This document shows, in pieces, positions 37,413 to 47,563 of a stretch of 64,000 nt of DNA. A program made the position numbers and the translations under genes. The notes beneath the pieces were generated by a model. It was not told where the DNA came from and searched no databases. It saw only the letters and a list, made by a program, of their open reading frames with translations. This DNA comes from an uncultured Rhodospirillaceae bacterium (GTDB taxonomy: Bacteria; Pseudomonadota; Alphaproteobacteria; Rhodospirillales; Defluviicoccaceae), in NCBI GenBank assembly GCA_964460955.1, contig CAYWRP010000002.1:12654-76653 (forward strand), read 5' to 3'. The stretch's first letter is position 1. Every line of letters begins with the position of its first letter.

Positions 37413-37593
37413 CCGATGAAGCTCCTCCGCTTTCTGGTTGCATATTATTAGTTGGTCAAATATGCGGCGTTCCGGGCGACGATGCAATGCCTTCGCTTGC
37501 CGGGTGATTTCGCCCCGCCTATAAGCCTTGGCTTCGTTCGCGGGCAGCGACGACCGCGCAGGCGACAGCCACTAAAGGGAGCCGGGTAGCGTC

Positions 37594-38391
37594 ATGACCT
37601 TCGTAATTCCCTATCCGACGATCGATCCGGTGTTGTTCGAAGTCGGGCCCTTCGCGGTGCGATGGTATGCCCTTGCGTACCTGTTCGGCATTCTGCTGGC
37701 ATGGCGTTATGCCCGCTGGCTGACCAAGCGGTCGCCCGGTGGTGCGTTGCGGCCGGAGGATATCGACGATTTCCTGGTCTGGGCCACCTTGGGCGTGATC
37801 CTCGGCGGCCGTCTCGGCTATGTCTTCTTCTACAAGCCGGAGTTCTTTCTCGACGATCCCCTGGCCGCCCTGCAAATCTGGCGCGGCGGCATGTCGTTCC
37901 ATGGCGGCTTGCTCGGTGTCATCGTCGCTGGTTGGCTCTACGCCGTCCGCCGTCCGCTGGCCAAGGGCGCCTTCGCCGACGTGTTGTTCTGCGCCGCGCC
38001 GATCGGCCTTTTCCTCGGTCGCGTCGCCAATTTCATCAATGGCGAGCTGGCCGGCCGGGTAACCGATGTGCCGTGGGCGATGGTGTTCCCGGGTTACGGA
38101 CCGGAGCCGCGCCATCCGAGCCAGCTCTACCAGGCGGCGCTCGAGGGGCTGGCGCTGTTCGTGATCCTCCATGTCCTGTGGCGCCAGGACGCGGTCCGCG
38201 AGCGGCCGGGGACGCTCTCGGCGGCATTCCTGATCGGCTATGGGGCGTTCCGTTCCATCGGTGAGCTGTTCCGCCAGCCGGATGCCCATCTCGGCTTCCT
38301 CTTCGCGGGGGTGACCATGGGCCAGCTGCTATCCTGGCCGATGGTGTTTTCCGGCATCCTGCTGCTCTTCTTTGCGTGGCGGCGGGAGTGA
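37594..38391 (+). CDS. lgt: Prolipoprotein diacylglyceryl transferase
   Basis: VRWYALAY, ILGGRLGY, GGMSFHGG, GRVANFINGEL, RHPSQLY, TMGQLLS. Confidence 0.96.
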   Translation: MTFVIPYPTIDPVLFEVGPFAVRWYALAYLFGILLAWRYARWLTKRSPGGALRPEDIDDFLVWATLGVILGGRLGYVFFYKPEFFLDDPLAALQIWRGGMSFHGGLLGVIVAGWLYAVRRPLAKGAFADVLFCAAPIGLFLGRVANFINGELAGRVTDVPWAMVFPGYGPEPRHPSQLYQAALEGLALFVILHVLWRQDAVRERPGTLSAAFLIGYGAFRSIGELFRQPDAHLGFLFAGVTMGQLLSWPMVFSGILLLFFAWRRE

Positions 38392-39482
38392 GGGGCCGGG
38401 ACGCTTCGGCGCCGCTGCTCGGTATTCTGCGTGCGCGCATCCGCGCCCAGGGGCCGATCAGTGTCGGCCAATACATGGCCGCGGCGTTGTTCGAGCCGGG
38501 AGTCGGCTACTACGCGACCAAGGATCCGCTGGGCCAGGCGGGCGATTTCATCACCGCGCCGGAGATCAGCCAGATCTTCGGCGAACTGATCGGGCTTTGG
38601 TCTGTTTCCGTCTGGGAGGCGATGGGGGCGCCCGATCCGCTGTTATGGATCGAACTCGGGCCGGGGCGCGGAACGCTCTTCGCCGACGCGCTGCGGGCGG
38701 TCGGCCAGGCGTCTCCGGCCTTTGCCGCCGCGGTCCGTCTGCATTTGGTGGAGGGCAGCGCACCGCTGCGGGCGCGCCAGCGGCAGGCGCTTGCCCGCCG
38801 GGTCGCGGCCGAGCGCATCGCGTGGCACGACGAGTTTCACCAGGTGCCGCCGGGGCCGGCGCTCATCATCGCCAACGAGTTCGTCGATGCATTGCCGGTC
38901 GAACAGATCGTCCGTACCGCCGAGGGCTGGCGCGAACGGCGCATCGGCGTCGCCGAGGATGGCGCGTTGATGTTCACCCTGGGCGAGCCGGCCGCCGCGG
39001 CGATACCGGACGACCTCGCCGACGCCAGGGAGGGCAGCGTGTTCGAGCGCTGTCCGGCCGGCGAGGCGCTGGCATCGGCGATCGCCGCCCGGCTGACGGC
39101 GGCCGGCGGCGCCGCACTCTTGATCGACTATGGCGACGCCCCGTCCGGGCTTGGCGATACCCTGCAGGCGGTGCGGGGTCATCGAAAATGGCCGGTCCTG
39201 GCCGAGCCGGGGACGGCGGATCTGACCCATCAGGTGGATTTCGCGGCGCTTCGCCGGGCGGCGGAGGCGGCCGGCGGGCGAGTATACGGGCCGCTGCCGC
39301 AGGGGCTGTTTCTCGGCCGGCTGGGGATCGAGGCGCGCGCCCGGGCGCTGGCCGACGATCACCGCGAAGAGGACCGCGTGATGGCCGGCGTTCACCGCCT
39401 CATTCATCCGCGGCGCATGGGCGTGCTTTTCAAGGCGCTTTCGATCGCCGATCCCGCCTTGCAGCCGCCGCCTGGATTCTAG
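38388..39482 (+). CDS. MidA/NDUFAF7-family SAM-dependent methyltransferase
   Basis: GYYATKDPLGQAGDFITAPEISQIFGEL, IELGPGRGTL, ANEFVDALP, IDYG, ADLTHQVDF, MGVLFK; GTGA overlap with the lgt stop. Confidence 0.92.
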   Translation: MRGRDASAPLLGILRARIRAQGPISVGQYMAAALFEPGVGYYATKDPLGQAGDFITAPEISQIFGELIGLWSVSVWEAMGAPDPLLWIELGPGRGTLFADALRAVGQASPAFAAAVRLHLVEGSAPLRARQRQALARRVAAERIAWHDEFHQVPPGPALIIANEFVDALPVEQIVRTAEGWRERRIGVAEDGALMFTLGEPAAAAIPDDLADAREGSVFERCPAGEALASAIAARLTAAGGAALLIDYGDAPSGLGDTLQAVRGHRKWPVLAEPGTADLTHQVDFAALRRAAEAAGGRVYGPLPQGLFLGRLGIEARARALADDHREEDRVMAGVHRLIHPRRMGVLFKALSIADPALQPPPGF

Positions 39483-39485
39483 GGG

Positions 39486-39911
39486 TTAGGCGGCCTCGTT
39501 AGCATTGTGGGTCAACGCGCCAAGGTACGGCTTCAGCTTCATGTCCACCGTCATCACGTGGACGAGCAGCCAGTCGGCGACGAAATCGTAGAATGCCTCG
39601 ACGTCGAACGTGTCGGGGTCGTTGGCATACGCCGTTTCGAACGACCGCAGCTTCGCCGACAGTTCACGGTGGAGACGTTGATGCGCCGCGAAACCCGGGT
39701 AGTGGGCGGCCTGCATCAGCGCTTCCTCGCGGCGGAAATGGACGCGTGTGTAGTCGACCAGCCCCGACAGCACCCGGCCGATGGCGGCATCGTCGTCACC
39801 GGCGATCGACATGAAGTGCAGGCAGTTCAGCATATCGATGAGCTTCTTATGGTCGGCGTCGATGCTGGGAACGCCGAGGCTCAGATTGTCCCGCCACCGG
39901 AACAGCGCCAT
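39486..39911 (-). CDS. Bacteriohemerythrin (single domain)
   Basis: All di-iron ligands seen: DADH, HFRREE, HQRLH, WLLVHVMTVD; RBS AAGGAG before ATG 39911. Confidence 0.93.
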   Translation of the reverse strand: MALFRWRDNLSLGVPSIDADHKKLIDMLNCLHFMSIAGDDDAAIGRVLSGLVDYTRVHFRREEALMQAAHYPGFAAHQRLHRELSAKLRSFETAYANDPDTFDVEAFYDFVADWLLVHVMTVDMKLKPYLGALTHNANEAA

Positions 39912-40183
39912 CAGGTATCTCCTTGTGACCGTTTCTTTTTTCGTTATCAACCAAGCGGTGATTATGGCTAAACCACTGCGAGTTTATCGTGTATTATTGC
40001 AAAATTGTTGCGGGCTTTCCAGCAATTTCGCTCAAGAGGGTCAGTACCCCGGTTCCCGGTGCCGTCAGGTGGCGCGCGGCATGCCATGCTCTAGCGCGAG
40101 CGGATCGTTCAGGTCTTCATGTTCAAGGGGTGTGCTAATGCCCCTTTATCCACCGTGCCGCTTGCCGCTATAGAGGGGATGTC

Positions 40184-40954
40184 ATGATGTTGACCGCCGA
40201 TGCCTTGAGCGACGCCAAGCCGTTGCGCCATGCCTTCTTCACCCGCGAGGGTGGGGTGAGCGACGGCATTTACGCCTCGTTGAATTGCGGGCTCGGCTCG
40301 GGTGACGAAGCGGCTCACGTGCACGCCAACCGGGCCCGCGCGCTGCGGCGCCTGGGCATGCCGGAAGGCGCGTTGACCACGGCCTATCAAATCCATTCGG
40401 CCGACGTCGCCGTCGTCGAGGAACCCTGGCGGGAAACGAGCCGGCCGAAACTGGATGCCATGGTCACCGACCGGCCGGGCATCGCGCTCGGCATCCTGAC
40501 CGCCGACTGCGCGCCCGTGCTGCTCGCCGACCCGCGAGCCGGGGTGGTCGGCGCGGCGCACGCCGGATGGCGCGGCGCCACCGCCGGCATCCTCGAGGCG
40601 ACGGTTTCGAGGATGGAGGCGCTGGGTGCTGATCGGGCGTCCGTCGCCGCCGCCGTCGGCCCCTGCATCCACCAGCCATCCTACGAGGTGGGGCCCGAGT
40701 TCCACCAGGCGGTAACCGCCGCCGATCCGGGCCATGGCGACTTTTTCACCCCGGCCCGGCGGCAGGGGCATCACATGTTTGACCTGCCCGGCTACATCGG
40801 CCGGCGCCTGGACCAGCTCGGCTTGGCGGCGTGCGAAATCTTGCCGCACGATACGTGTGCCGACGCGGCGCGTTTCTTCAGCTACCGGCGCACCACACTG
40901 AACGGCGGTGGCGATTACGGCCGCCTGCTTTCCGTCATCGCGCTGGCCGACTGA
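40184..40954 (+). CDS. pgeF: PgeF/YfiH purine nucleoside phosphorylase-like protein
   Basis: FFTREGGVS, YASLNCG, QIHSA, LTADCAPVL, AAHAGWRG, GPCI, FFSYRR. Confidence 0.94.
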   Translation: MMLTADALSDAKPLRHAFFTREGGVSDGIYASLNCGLGSGDEAAHVHANRARALRRLGMPEGALTTAYQIHSADVAVVEEPWRETSRPKLDAMVTDRPGIALGILTADCAPVLLADPRAGVVGAAHAGWRGATAGILEATVSRMEALGADRASVAAAVGPCIHQPSYEVGPEFHQAVTAADPGHGDFFTPARRQGHHMFDLPGYIGRRLDQLGLAACEILPHDTCADAARFFSYRRTTLNGGGDYGRLLSVIALAD

Positions 40955-40961
40955 GCGGCGG

Positions 40962-42116
40962 ATGGTGCTGCATTTTCCGGCCGAGGAATTCGCCGGACGC
41001 CGTCAGCGCGCGGTCGCGGCGATGGCGGAGGCGGGGTTGGACGGGCTGCTGCTGTTCCGCCAGGAGAGCCTGTACTATCTCACCGGCTACGACACCTTCG
41101 GCTGGGTCTTCTTCCAGTGCCTGTTTCTGGGCGCCGACGGGCGAATGGTGCTGCTGACGCGGGCGCCCGATCTTCGCCAGGCCCAACAGACCTCGGACAT
41201 TGCCGATATCCGCATCTGGACCGACGAGGGCGCCGCCGATCCGGCTGGCCACCTTCGGACCATTCTCGATCAACAGGGCTGCCGGGGCCAAACACTGGGC
41301 GTCGAATGGGACGCGTATGGGCTGACGGCGGCCCGCGGACAGGCGCTCGCCGCGGCGTTGGCGGGCTTCTGCAGATTGGCCGATGCGTCTCTCCTCGTCT
41401 CCCGTCTGCGCCTGCGCAAATCGGCGGCGGAACTCGCCTACCACCGTGACGCGGCGGCCCTGTGCGACGCGGCCTATCGCGCCGCGATCGCCACCGCGCG
41501 TCCCGGCGTCGGGGAGTCCGAGGTGCTTGCCGCCATGCAAGGGGCCATGCTCAAGGCGGGCGGCGACTTTCCGGCCAACCCGATCATCATCGGTTCCGGC
41601 GAGGCGGCTCTGCTCTGCCGCTATCACACCGGCCGTCGGCGCCTCGCCGCGAACGATCAACTCACCTTGGAATGGGCCGGCGTTTACCGCCACTATCATG
41701 CCTGCCTGATGCGCACGCTGATCTTCGGCACCGCATCGCCGGCGCGGCGCGCGATGTACTCGGCGGCGGCCGAGGCGCTGGAGGCGGCGGTGTCGGCTTT
41801 GCGGCCGGGCCTCAGGGCCGGCGATGCCTTCGAGGCGCATGCGCGCATCCTCGATGCCGCCGGTTACCGGAAGGCGCGGATGAACGCCTGTGGCTACAGC
41901 CTCGGCGCCACCTTTCCGCCGCACTGGATGGACTGGCCGATGCTGTTTCGCGGCTGCGATACGCCGCTGGCGCCGGACATGGTATTTTTTGTCCACATCA
42001 TTATTTTTGATTCCGAGACGGGGCTGGCGATGACCCTCGGACGAAGCGTCCTCATTGAGGAAACCGGCCCCGTCGCGTTGACCCAGTCTCCGGAGCAACT
42101 GGTCGAGATCACCTGA
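40962..42116 (+). CDS. M24/creatinase-fold hydrolase (Xaa-Pro peptidase family; EutD/DoeA-like)
   Basis: Creatinase N-domain YYLTGY; pita-bread domain, but the canonical D,D,H,E,E metal ligands are not conserved; start trimmed to ATG 40962. Confidence 0.82.
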   Translation: MVLHFPAEEFAGRRQRAVAAMAEAGLDGLLLFRQESLYYLTGYDTFGWVFFQCLFLGADGRMVLLTRAPDLRQAQQTSDIADIRIWTDEGAADPAGHLRTILDQQGCRGQTLGVEWDAYGLTAARGQALAAALAGFCRLADASLLVSRLRLRKSAAELAYHRDAAALCDAAYRAAIATARPGVGESEVLAAMQGAMLKAGGDFPANPIIIGSGEAALLCRYHTGRRRLAANDQLTLEWAGVYRHYHACLMRTLIFGTASPARRAMYSAAAEALEAAVSALRPGLRAGDAFEAHARILDAAGYRKARMNACGYSLGATFPPHWMDWPMLFRGCDTPLAPDMVFFVHIIIFDSETGLAMTLGRSVLIEETGPVALTQSPEQLVEIT

Positions 42117-42125
42117 CAGGCAAGG

Positions 42126-42194
42126 ATGCCCTATCTCATTCAGCTACTCGCATTCACGCTCATCGGTCTTGTCGCGACGTGCGCATTGATGTAG
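42126..42194 (+). CDS. Candidate 22-aa hydrophobic small protein
   Basis: ATG...TAG gives MPYLIQLLAFTLIGLVATCALM, 9 bp after the M24 stop, preceded by CAGGCAAGG. Confidence 0.3.
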   Translation: MPYLIQLLAFTLIGLVATCALM

Positions 42195-42335
42195 GCGACT
42201 TTACAATTCAGCGACTCCGTTGATATTGTCCGCCTGCGTGTGAGATCAGCGATAATGAGAACGAAAATTACCGGTGCTCGCCAGCGGCCGGCCCCAGAGC
42301 GGGACGTTGCCGGGCCACGAGCGAATTAACGTCGT

Positions 42336-43271
42336 ATGAAAATCGTCGCCTGTAACAGCAACCGCCCCCTCGCCGAGGCAATCTCCGCCTATCTCAACAT
42401 TCCCTTGGCGAAGGCGAGCATCCGGCGCTTCTCCGATCTCGAGGTGTTCGTCGAGATCCTGGAGAATGTGCGCGGCGAGGATGTGTTCGTCATTCAATCG
42501 ACTTCGTATCCCGCCAACGACAATCTGATGGAGCTGCTGATCACGCTGGACGCGCTGCGTCGCGGATCGGCGCAGCGAATTACCACCGTCATTCCCTACT
42601 ACGGCTACGCCCGGCAGGATCGCAAGTCGGGGCCGCGGACGCCGATCTCCGCCAAGCTGCTCGCCAATCTGATCACCGTCGCCGGAGCCGACCGCGTTTT
42701 GACGCTGGACCTGCATGCGGGGCAAATTCAGGGCTTTTTCGACATTCCGCTGGACAACCTCTATGCGATGCCGGTGTTCATCCGGGATATCAAGGAGCGG
42801 TTCGGCGGCAACGATCTGATGATCGTCTCGCCGGACATCGGCGGCGTGTTTCGCGCCCGCAACCTGGCCAAGCCGTTTGGCAGCGATCTGGCAATCGTCG
42901 ACAAACGCCGGGTCAAGGCGGGCGTGTCGGAGGTCATGCACATCATCGGTGACGTCAAGGACCGCAAGTGCATCCTGGTCGACGATATCGTCGATTCGGC
43001 CGGCACGCTTTGCAACGCGGCGACGGCGTTGATGGACGCAGGCGCGGCGAGCGTCTCCGCCTACGTGACGCACGGTGTCTTGTCGGGGGGGGCGGTGGCC
43101 AGGGTCGGCGCCTCGAAGATCGAGCACATGATCATTACCGACAGCATCATGGCGACGGAGGCGGTCCGCCTGTCGGACACCATCGAGCAGGTGACGATCG
43201 CGCCCCTGATCGCCGAGGCGATGATGCGCATCAGCGAGGAGACGTCCGTTTCCTCGCTATTCGACATTTAG
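42336..43271 (+). CDS. prs: Ribose-phosphate pyrophosphokinase
   Basis: [49 protein letters not shown]. Confidence 0.97.
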   Translation: MKIVACNSNRPLAEAISAYLNIPLAKASIRRFSDLEVFVEILENVRGEDVFVIQSTSYPANDNLMELLITLDALRRGSAQRITTVIPYYGYARQDRKSGPRTPISAKLLANLITVAGADRVLTLDLHAGQIQGFFDIPLDNLYAMPVFIRDIKERFGGNDLMIVSPDIGGVFRARNLAKPFGSDLAIVDKRRVKAGVSEVMHIIGDVKDRKCILVDDIVDSAGTLCNAATALMDAGAASVSAYVTHGVLSGGAVARVGASKIEHMIITDSIMATEAVRLSDTIEQVTIAPLIAEAMMRISEETSVSSLFDI

Positions 43272-43366
43272 CCACGCACGGGTTAACACGCCGTCGCCAA
43301 GGGCGGCGAGGCACGGCGGGTGCAAGCGAAGACGCCCGCCGATCAGGTATTGAGGAGAGACGTGAC

Positions 43367-43978
43367 ATGAGTGATGCACCGGAAATGATCGCCGAGCGCC
43401 GCGATCGCGTGAAGAAAGGGGGAGCCCGCGAGACGCGTCGCCACGGCCGCGTACCGGGCGTTCTCTACGGCAACAACCTGCCGTCTGTCGCCATCTCCGT
43501 GCCGTTCGAACCGCTGCAGAAGGGGATCATGACGCAAGGCTTCATGAGCCATCCGTTGGATCTGAAGCTGGACGGCGAGACGATCCGGGTGCTGCCTCGG
43601 TCGGTTCAGCGCCACCCGGTGACCGACTTCGCCATCCATGTCGATTTCCTGCGCATCAGCGGCACGGGCATGCTGACCATCGATGTCCCGGTCGTCTGCG
43701 ACAACGCTGAGAAGAGCCCGGGGATCAAGCGCGGCGGCATTCTCAACCAGATCCACGCGACCCTGGAAGTGGTCTGCCCGGCGATGGCCGTTCCGGATTC
43801 CCTGCATGTGGATCTGACCGGGCTGACGCTGGGTGACGTGTTGCCGGCCTCGGCCGTCAAACTGCCGCCGGGGGTCAGGTTGACTATGCAGGATCCGAGC
43901 GAGCCGATCGTCTCCATCGCGCCGCCGATCACCGGCGAAAGGGCGGAAGCGGAGCCCGAGGCCGAGGAAGTCGAGTAG
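43367..43978 (+). CDS. rplY: 50S ribosomal protein L25 / general stress protein Ctc
   Basis: GRVPGVLYG, VQRHPVT, HVDFLR, SPGIKRGGIL; RBS GAGGAG; start trimmed to ATG 43367. Confidence 0.94.
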   Translation: MSDAPEMIAERRDRVKKGGARETRRHGRVPGVLYGNNLPSVAISVPFEPLQKGIMTQGFMSHPLDLKLDGETIRVLPRSVQRHPVTDFAIHVDFLRISGTGMLTIDVPVVCDNAEKSPGIKRGGILNQIHATLEVVCPAMAVPDSLHVDLTGLTLGDVLPASAVKLPPGVRLTMQDPSEPIVSIAPPITGERAEAEPEAEEVE

Positions 43979-44046
43979 GCGTCTCTCTTCTCGATCGCCC
44001 GGTTCGTCCTCGCCACGCGTGGTTTTTCTGAGAAAGGCGGCTTTCC

Positions 44047-44697
44047 GTGAGCGCACCGGACCTGCTGCTCGTCGGGCTTGGCAATCCCGGGCGCGCCTAT
44101 GCCGGCAATCGGCACAACATCGGTTTCATGGCGATCGACCGCATCATCGAGGTCTTCCGGCTTGCTGGAGGCCGGTCCCGTTTTTCCGGTGAAGTGTCGT
44201 CCGGCACCATCGCCGGTCGGTCGGTGATGGCGCTGAAGCCGATGACCTACATGAACGAATCGGGACGCGCGGTCGGCGCCGCCTGCCGCTTCTTCAAGCT
44301 GCCGAACGAGGCGGTGTTCGTCTTCCATGACGAGATGGATCTCGCCGCCGGTAAGGTCCGCGTGAAACAGGGGGGTGGCAACGCCGGGCACCGCGGCTTG
44401 AAGAGCATCGATGCGCACATCGGCCCTAACTATCATCGGATCCGGCTTGGCGTCGGGCATCCTGGAGACAAGCAGCAGGTCATTGGCCATGTCTTGAAGG
44501 ATTTCGCCAAGGCGGACGAGGCGTGGCTGACGCCGCTCCTCGACGCCGTCGCCGAAAACATGCCGATGCTTCTCGACGGCGATCCGGGCGGCTACATGAA
44601 CCGGGTCGCGCTCGCCGTCAATCCGCCGAAACCGAAGGCGGAGGCGACTGGGCAGCCGGCCCGGAAGGCGAACGAGGAGGCCGACGGTGGGGTTTAA
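44047..44697 (+). CDS. pth: Peptidyl-tRNA hydrolase
   Basis: [50 protein letters not shown]. Confidence 0.96.
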   Translation: MSAPDLLLVGLGNPGRAYAGNRHNIGFMAIDRIIEVFRLAGGRSRFSGEVSSGTIAGRSVMALKPMTYMNESGRAVGAACRFFKLPNEAVFVFHDEMDLAAGKVRVKQGGGNAGHRGLKSIDAHIGPNYHRIRLGVGHPGDKQQVIGHVLKDFAKADEAWLTPLLDAVAENMPMLLDGDPGGYMNRVALAVNPPKPKAEATGQPARKANEEADGGV

Positions 44698-45784
44698 TTG
44701 CGGGCTGGTCGGCCTGCCGAACGTCGGCAAGTCGACCCTGTTCAACGCCTTGACGGCGACCGCGGCGGCAGCGGCCGAGAACTTTCCCTTCTGCACCATC
44801 GAGCCGAATATCGGCCGCGTGCCGGTGCCGGACGCGCGGCTGGCCAAGCTCGGCGAGCTTTCCAAGTCGGCGAAGGTGGTGCCGACGCAGCTCGAGTTCG
44901 TCGACATCGCGGGCCTCGTGGCCGGCGCCAGCAAGGGCGAGGGGCTTGGCAACCAGTTCCTCGGCCACATCCGCGAGGTGGACGCCATTGTCCAGGTGGT
45001 GCGCTGTTTCGAGGACGCTGACGTCACCCACGTCGCCGGTTCGGTCGACCCGGTGCGCGATATCGAGGTGATCGAGACCGAGCTGATGCTGGCCGACCTG
45101 GAAAGCCTCGAAAAGCGCATCCCGGCGCTGACGAAGAAGGTGCGCGGCAGCGACGCCGAGGCAAAGGCGACCTTGGCTTTGTGCGAACGGGCGTTGGCGG
45201 TGTTGCAGGAGGGCAAGCCGGCCAGCACGACGCCGGTCGATGAGGAGGAACGGAAACGCTTTCGCGGTCTCGGGCTGATCACCGCCAAACCGACCCTCTA
45301 TGCCTGCAATGTCGACGAGGCGTCCGCCGCCACGGGCAACGCGTTCACCGAGGCGGTGGCGGCACGCGCGGCGGCCGCCGGCATGCAGTCGGTGGTCATC
45401 TCGGCGCGCATCGAAGCCGAGGCGGCCGAACTGCCGCTAGCCGAGCGGATGGAGTTTCTCGCCTCCCTCGACCTCGCCGAGACCGGCCTCGACCGGGTGA
45501 TTCGTGCCGGCCATGCGCTGCTCGAGCTGATCACGTTCTTCACCACCGGGCCGAAGGAATCCCGCGCCTGGACGGTGCGCGAGGGCGCCAAGGCACCGGC
45601 CGCCGCCGGCGTTATCCACAGCGATTTCGAGCGCGGCTTCATCCGCGCCGAGACCATCGCCTATGACGATTTCGTCGCCTGCGGCGGCGAGGCGGGGGCG
45701 CGCGAGGCCGGCAAGATGCGCTCGGAAGGCCGCGACTACGTGGTGCGCGACGGCGACGTGATGCTGTTCCGCTTCAACGTCTAG
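44687..45784 (+). CDS. ychF: Redox-regulated ATPase YchF
   Basis: [59 protein letters not shown]. Confidence 0.97.
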   Translation: MGFNCGLVGLPNVGKSTLFNALTATAAAAAENFPFCTIEPNIGRVPVPDARLAKLGELSKSAKVVPTQLEFVDIAGLVAGASKGEGLGNQFLGHIREVDAIVQVVRCFEDADVTHVAGSVDPVRDIEVIETELMLADLESLEKRIPALTKKVRGSDAEAKATLALCERALAVLQEGKPASTTPVDEEERKRFRGLGLITAKPTLYACNVDEASAATGNAFTEAVAARAAAAGMQSVVISARIEAEAAELPLAERMEFLASLDLAETGLDRVIRAGHALLELITFFTTGPKESRAWTVREGAKAPAAAGVIHSDFERGFIRAETIAYDDFVACGGEAGAREAGKMRSEGRDYVVRDGDVMLFRFNV

Positions 45785-46239
45785 GCCGATTCGCCGAGCT
45801 TTTCCGTGCCGACCAGGAAATGCGCGTGCGCGGCGGCGACGGGGCGGCCGGGGTCCTTCTGCCACGCATCGACGCGGACGTTGGCGATTTTCCGGCCCTG
45901 CTTGACCACCTGGCCGCGGGCGAAGGTATCGGTGGCGAGCACTGGCCGCAGGTAGTCCACCGACAGGTTGACGATCTTCGGGATCGCCGCCGGCTTCGCC
46001 TCGTAGATCAGATGCAGGATCGCCGCGTGTTCGAGCAGCGCGCCGATGACGCCGCCGTGCAGCGCGCCGAGGATCGCGTTGCCGACGTTGATGGGGCGGA
46101 ACCTGAGGATGGTCAGCAGACCCTGCTCATCGATCGCCGCTTCGAGGCCGATGGTCCGGGCGTACGGAATCGCTTCGTTGACGCGGCGGATCGCCTCGGC
46201 GTCGCCCTGCGTCAGCGCGGCATGCAGCGGCGGATTCAT
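45781..46239 (-). CDS. PaaI-family (hotdog) thioesterase
   Basis: IPYARTIG, NVGNAILGALHGGVIGALLE, NLSVDYLRP; ATGA overlap with the upstream paralogue. Confidence 0.88.
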   Translation of the reverse strand: MNPPLHAALTQGDAEAIRRVNEAIPYARTIGLEAAIDEQGLLTILRFRPINVGNAILGALHGGVIGALLEHAAILHLIYEAKPAAIPKIVNLSVDYLRPVLATDTFARGQVVKQGRKIANVRVDAWQKDPGRPVAAAHAHFLVGTEKLGESA

Positions 46240-46709
46240 GACGTCTCCGGCAGGTCGGCGCCGGCGGTCGTATAGCCGGTGGAGCCGATCATGAACGAAC
46301 CGGTACAGTTGGCGATCGGATCGGTGGCGGACTCGTGGTAGGCGACGCCGTGCACGAAGGCGACATGGGTCGTCACCGTGTGGCATTCGGCGGCGGCGCG
46401 GATCATCGCCCCCGGTGTCGCCGGGCGCAGGTAGTCGATCCGCAGGTCCAGCGTGGCGACCGGCGTTCCCTCCGGTGTCGACGCCATGACGACGAGGCCG
46501 CCGAGCGAGTCGAGCAGGGCGGTGATGACGCCGCCATGCACGACACCGGTGCGCGTATCGCCGACGAGGTCCTCCCGGTAGGGAATGCTCATGGCGCCCT
46601 TGCCGTGTTTCAGGTGGATGATCTTCATGCCCAGCGCTTGGCAATGGGGGAGATTCTCGAACGCCCTGCGGCAGCGCCCCAAGTCCGCAAGTTGTTGATC
46701 ACGAGCCAT
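46236..46709 (-). CDS. PaaI-family (hotdog) thioesterase
   Basis: PHCQALGM, GVVHGGVITALLD, TLDLRIDYLRPA. Confidence 0.9.
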   Translation of the reverse strand: MARDQQLADLGRCRRAFENLPHCQALGMKIIHLKHGKGAMSIPYREDLVGDTRTGVVHGGVITALLDSLGGLVVMASTPEGTPVATLDLRIDYLRPATPGAMIRAAAECHTVTTHVAFVHGVAYHESATDPIANCTGSFMIGSTGYTTAGADLPETS

Positions 46710-46850
46710 GTTTGCATCCCGATAGGAATTGATCTCGACGGCTTCGGCGGATTTCGTTCATAGTCCCGCGGTGCGGAAACCGGATGATACCATGCCGGCG
46801 TCGGCGTTTGACAAGCGGCCGTGCGGGCAGAGAGGAATAAGGACACTGCA

Positions 46851-47522
46851 ATGGGTACGCACCTGACATTGACCAGCGGCGACGGCCACACGCTCGACGC
46901 CTACCGAGCCGACCCCGAGGGCGAGCCCAAGGGCGGAGTGGTTGTCATTCAGGAAGTCTTCGGTGTCAACGCACACATTCGCGCCGTCGTCGACGGGTTC
47001 GCCGCCGACGGCTACACGGCGATCGCGCCGGCCCTGTTCGACCGCGTGCGCCGCGGCGTCGATCTCGGCTACGACGAGGAGGGCATCACCACCGGCCGCG
47101 CGTTGGTGGCGGAACTCGGCTGGGAGAACCCGACGACCGACGTCTGGGCGGCGGCGAAGGCGCTGCATCCGGCCGGGAGCGTCGGCGTTGTCGGGTACTG
47201 CTGGGGCGGCACCGTCGACTGGCTCGCCGCCTGCCGCCTCGACGTCGCCTGTGTCTCGGCCTACTACGGCCGGCAGATCATCGATTTCAAGGACGAAAAG
47301 CCGAACTGCCCGGCGATCATGCACTTCGGTGCCGAGGATCCGCTGATTCCGATGGAAACGGTGGAGGCCGTACGGGCCGCCTATCCGGATGTTCCGACCT
47401 ATATTTACGAAGGAGCCGGTCACGGCTTCAATTGCGATGCGCGCGCCGACTATCGGCCCGAGAGCGCGGCGTTGGCCCGCGAACGAACCTTGGCCTTGCT
47501 CGCCGATAACCTTGTCGGCTGA
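46851..47522 (+). CDS. Dienelactone hydrolase family protein
   Basis: VIQEVFGVN, nucleophile GYCWGG, HFGAED, YEGAGHGF; start trimmed to ATG 46851. Confidence 0.93.
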   Translation: MGTHLTLTSGDGHTLDAYRADPEGEPKGGVVVIQEVFGVNAHIRAVVDGFAADGYTAIAPALFDRVRRGVDLGYDEEGITTGRALVAELGWENPTTDVWAAAKALHPAGSVGVVGYCWGGTVDWLAACRLDVACVSAYYGRQIIDFKDEKPNCPAIMHFGAEDPLIPMETVEAVRAAYPDVPTYIYEGAGHGFNCDARADYRPESAALARERTLALLADNLVG

Positions 47523-47563
47523 CAGTGCCGGCGGGTGGCAGCCGTCATATCACTTGCCTGGGA

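Noticed and set aside
40069-40085. GG-N10-GC sigma54-like element upstream of pgeF
   Set aside because: Four deviations from consensus in very GC-rich sequence; expected by chance.
43262-43366. Hairpins in the prs-rplY gap as an L25 autoregulatory leader
   Set aside because: The GC-rich stems (CGCCGT/ACGGCG, GGCGGG/CCCGCC) cannot be told from chance or terminator-like folds without covariation data.
45781-46709. Tandem PaaI thioesterases as a novel system
   Set aside because: Coupled hotdog pairs next to ychF are a familiar alphaproteobacterial arrangement; nothing unusual was seen.
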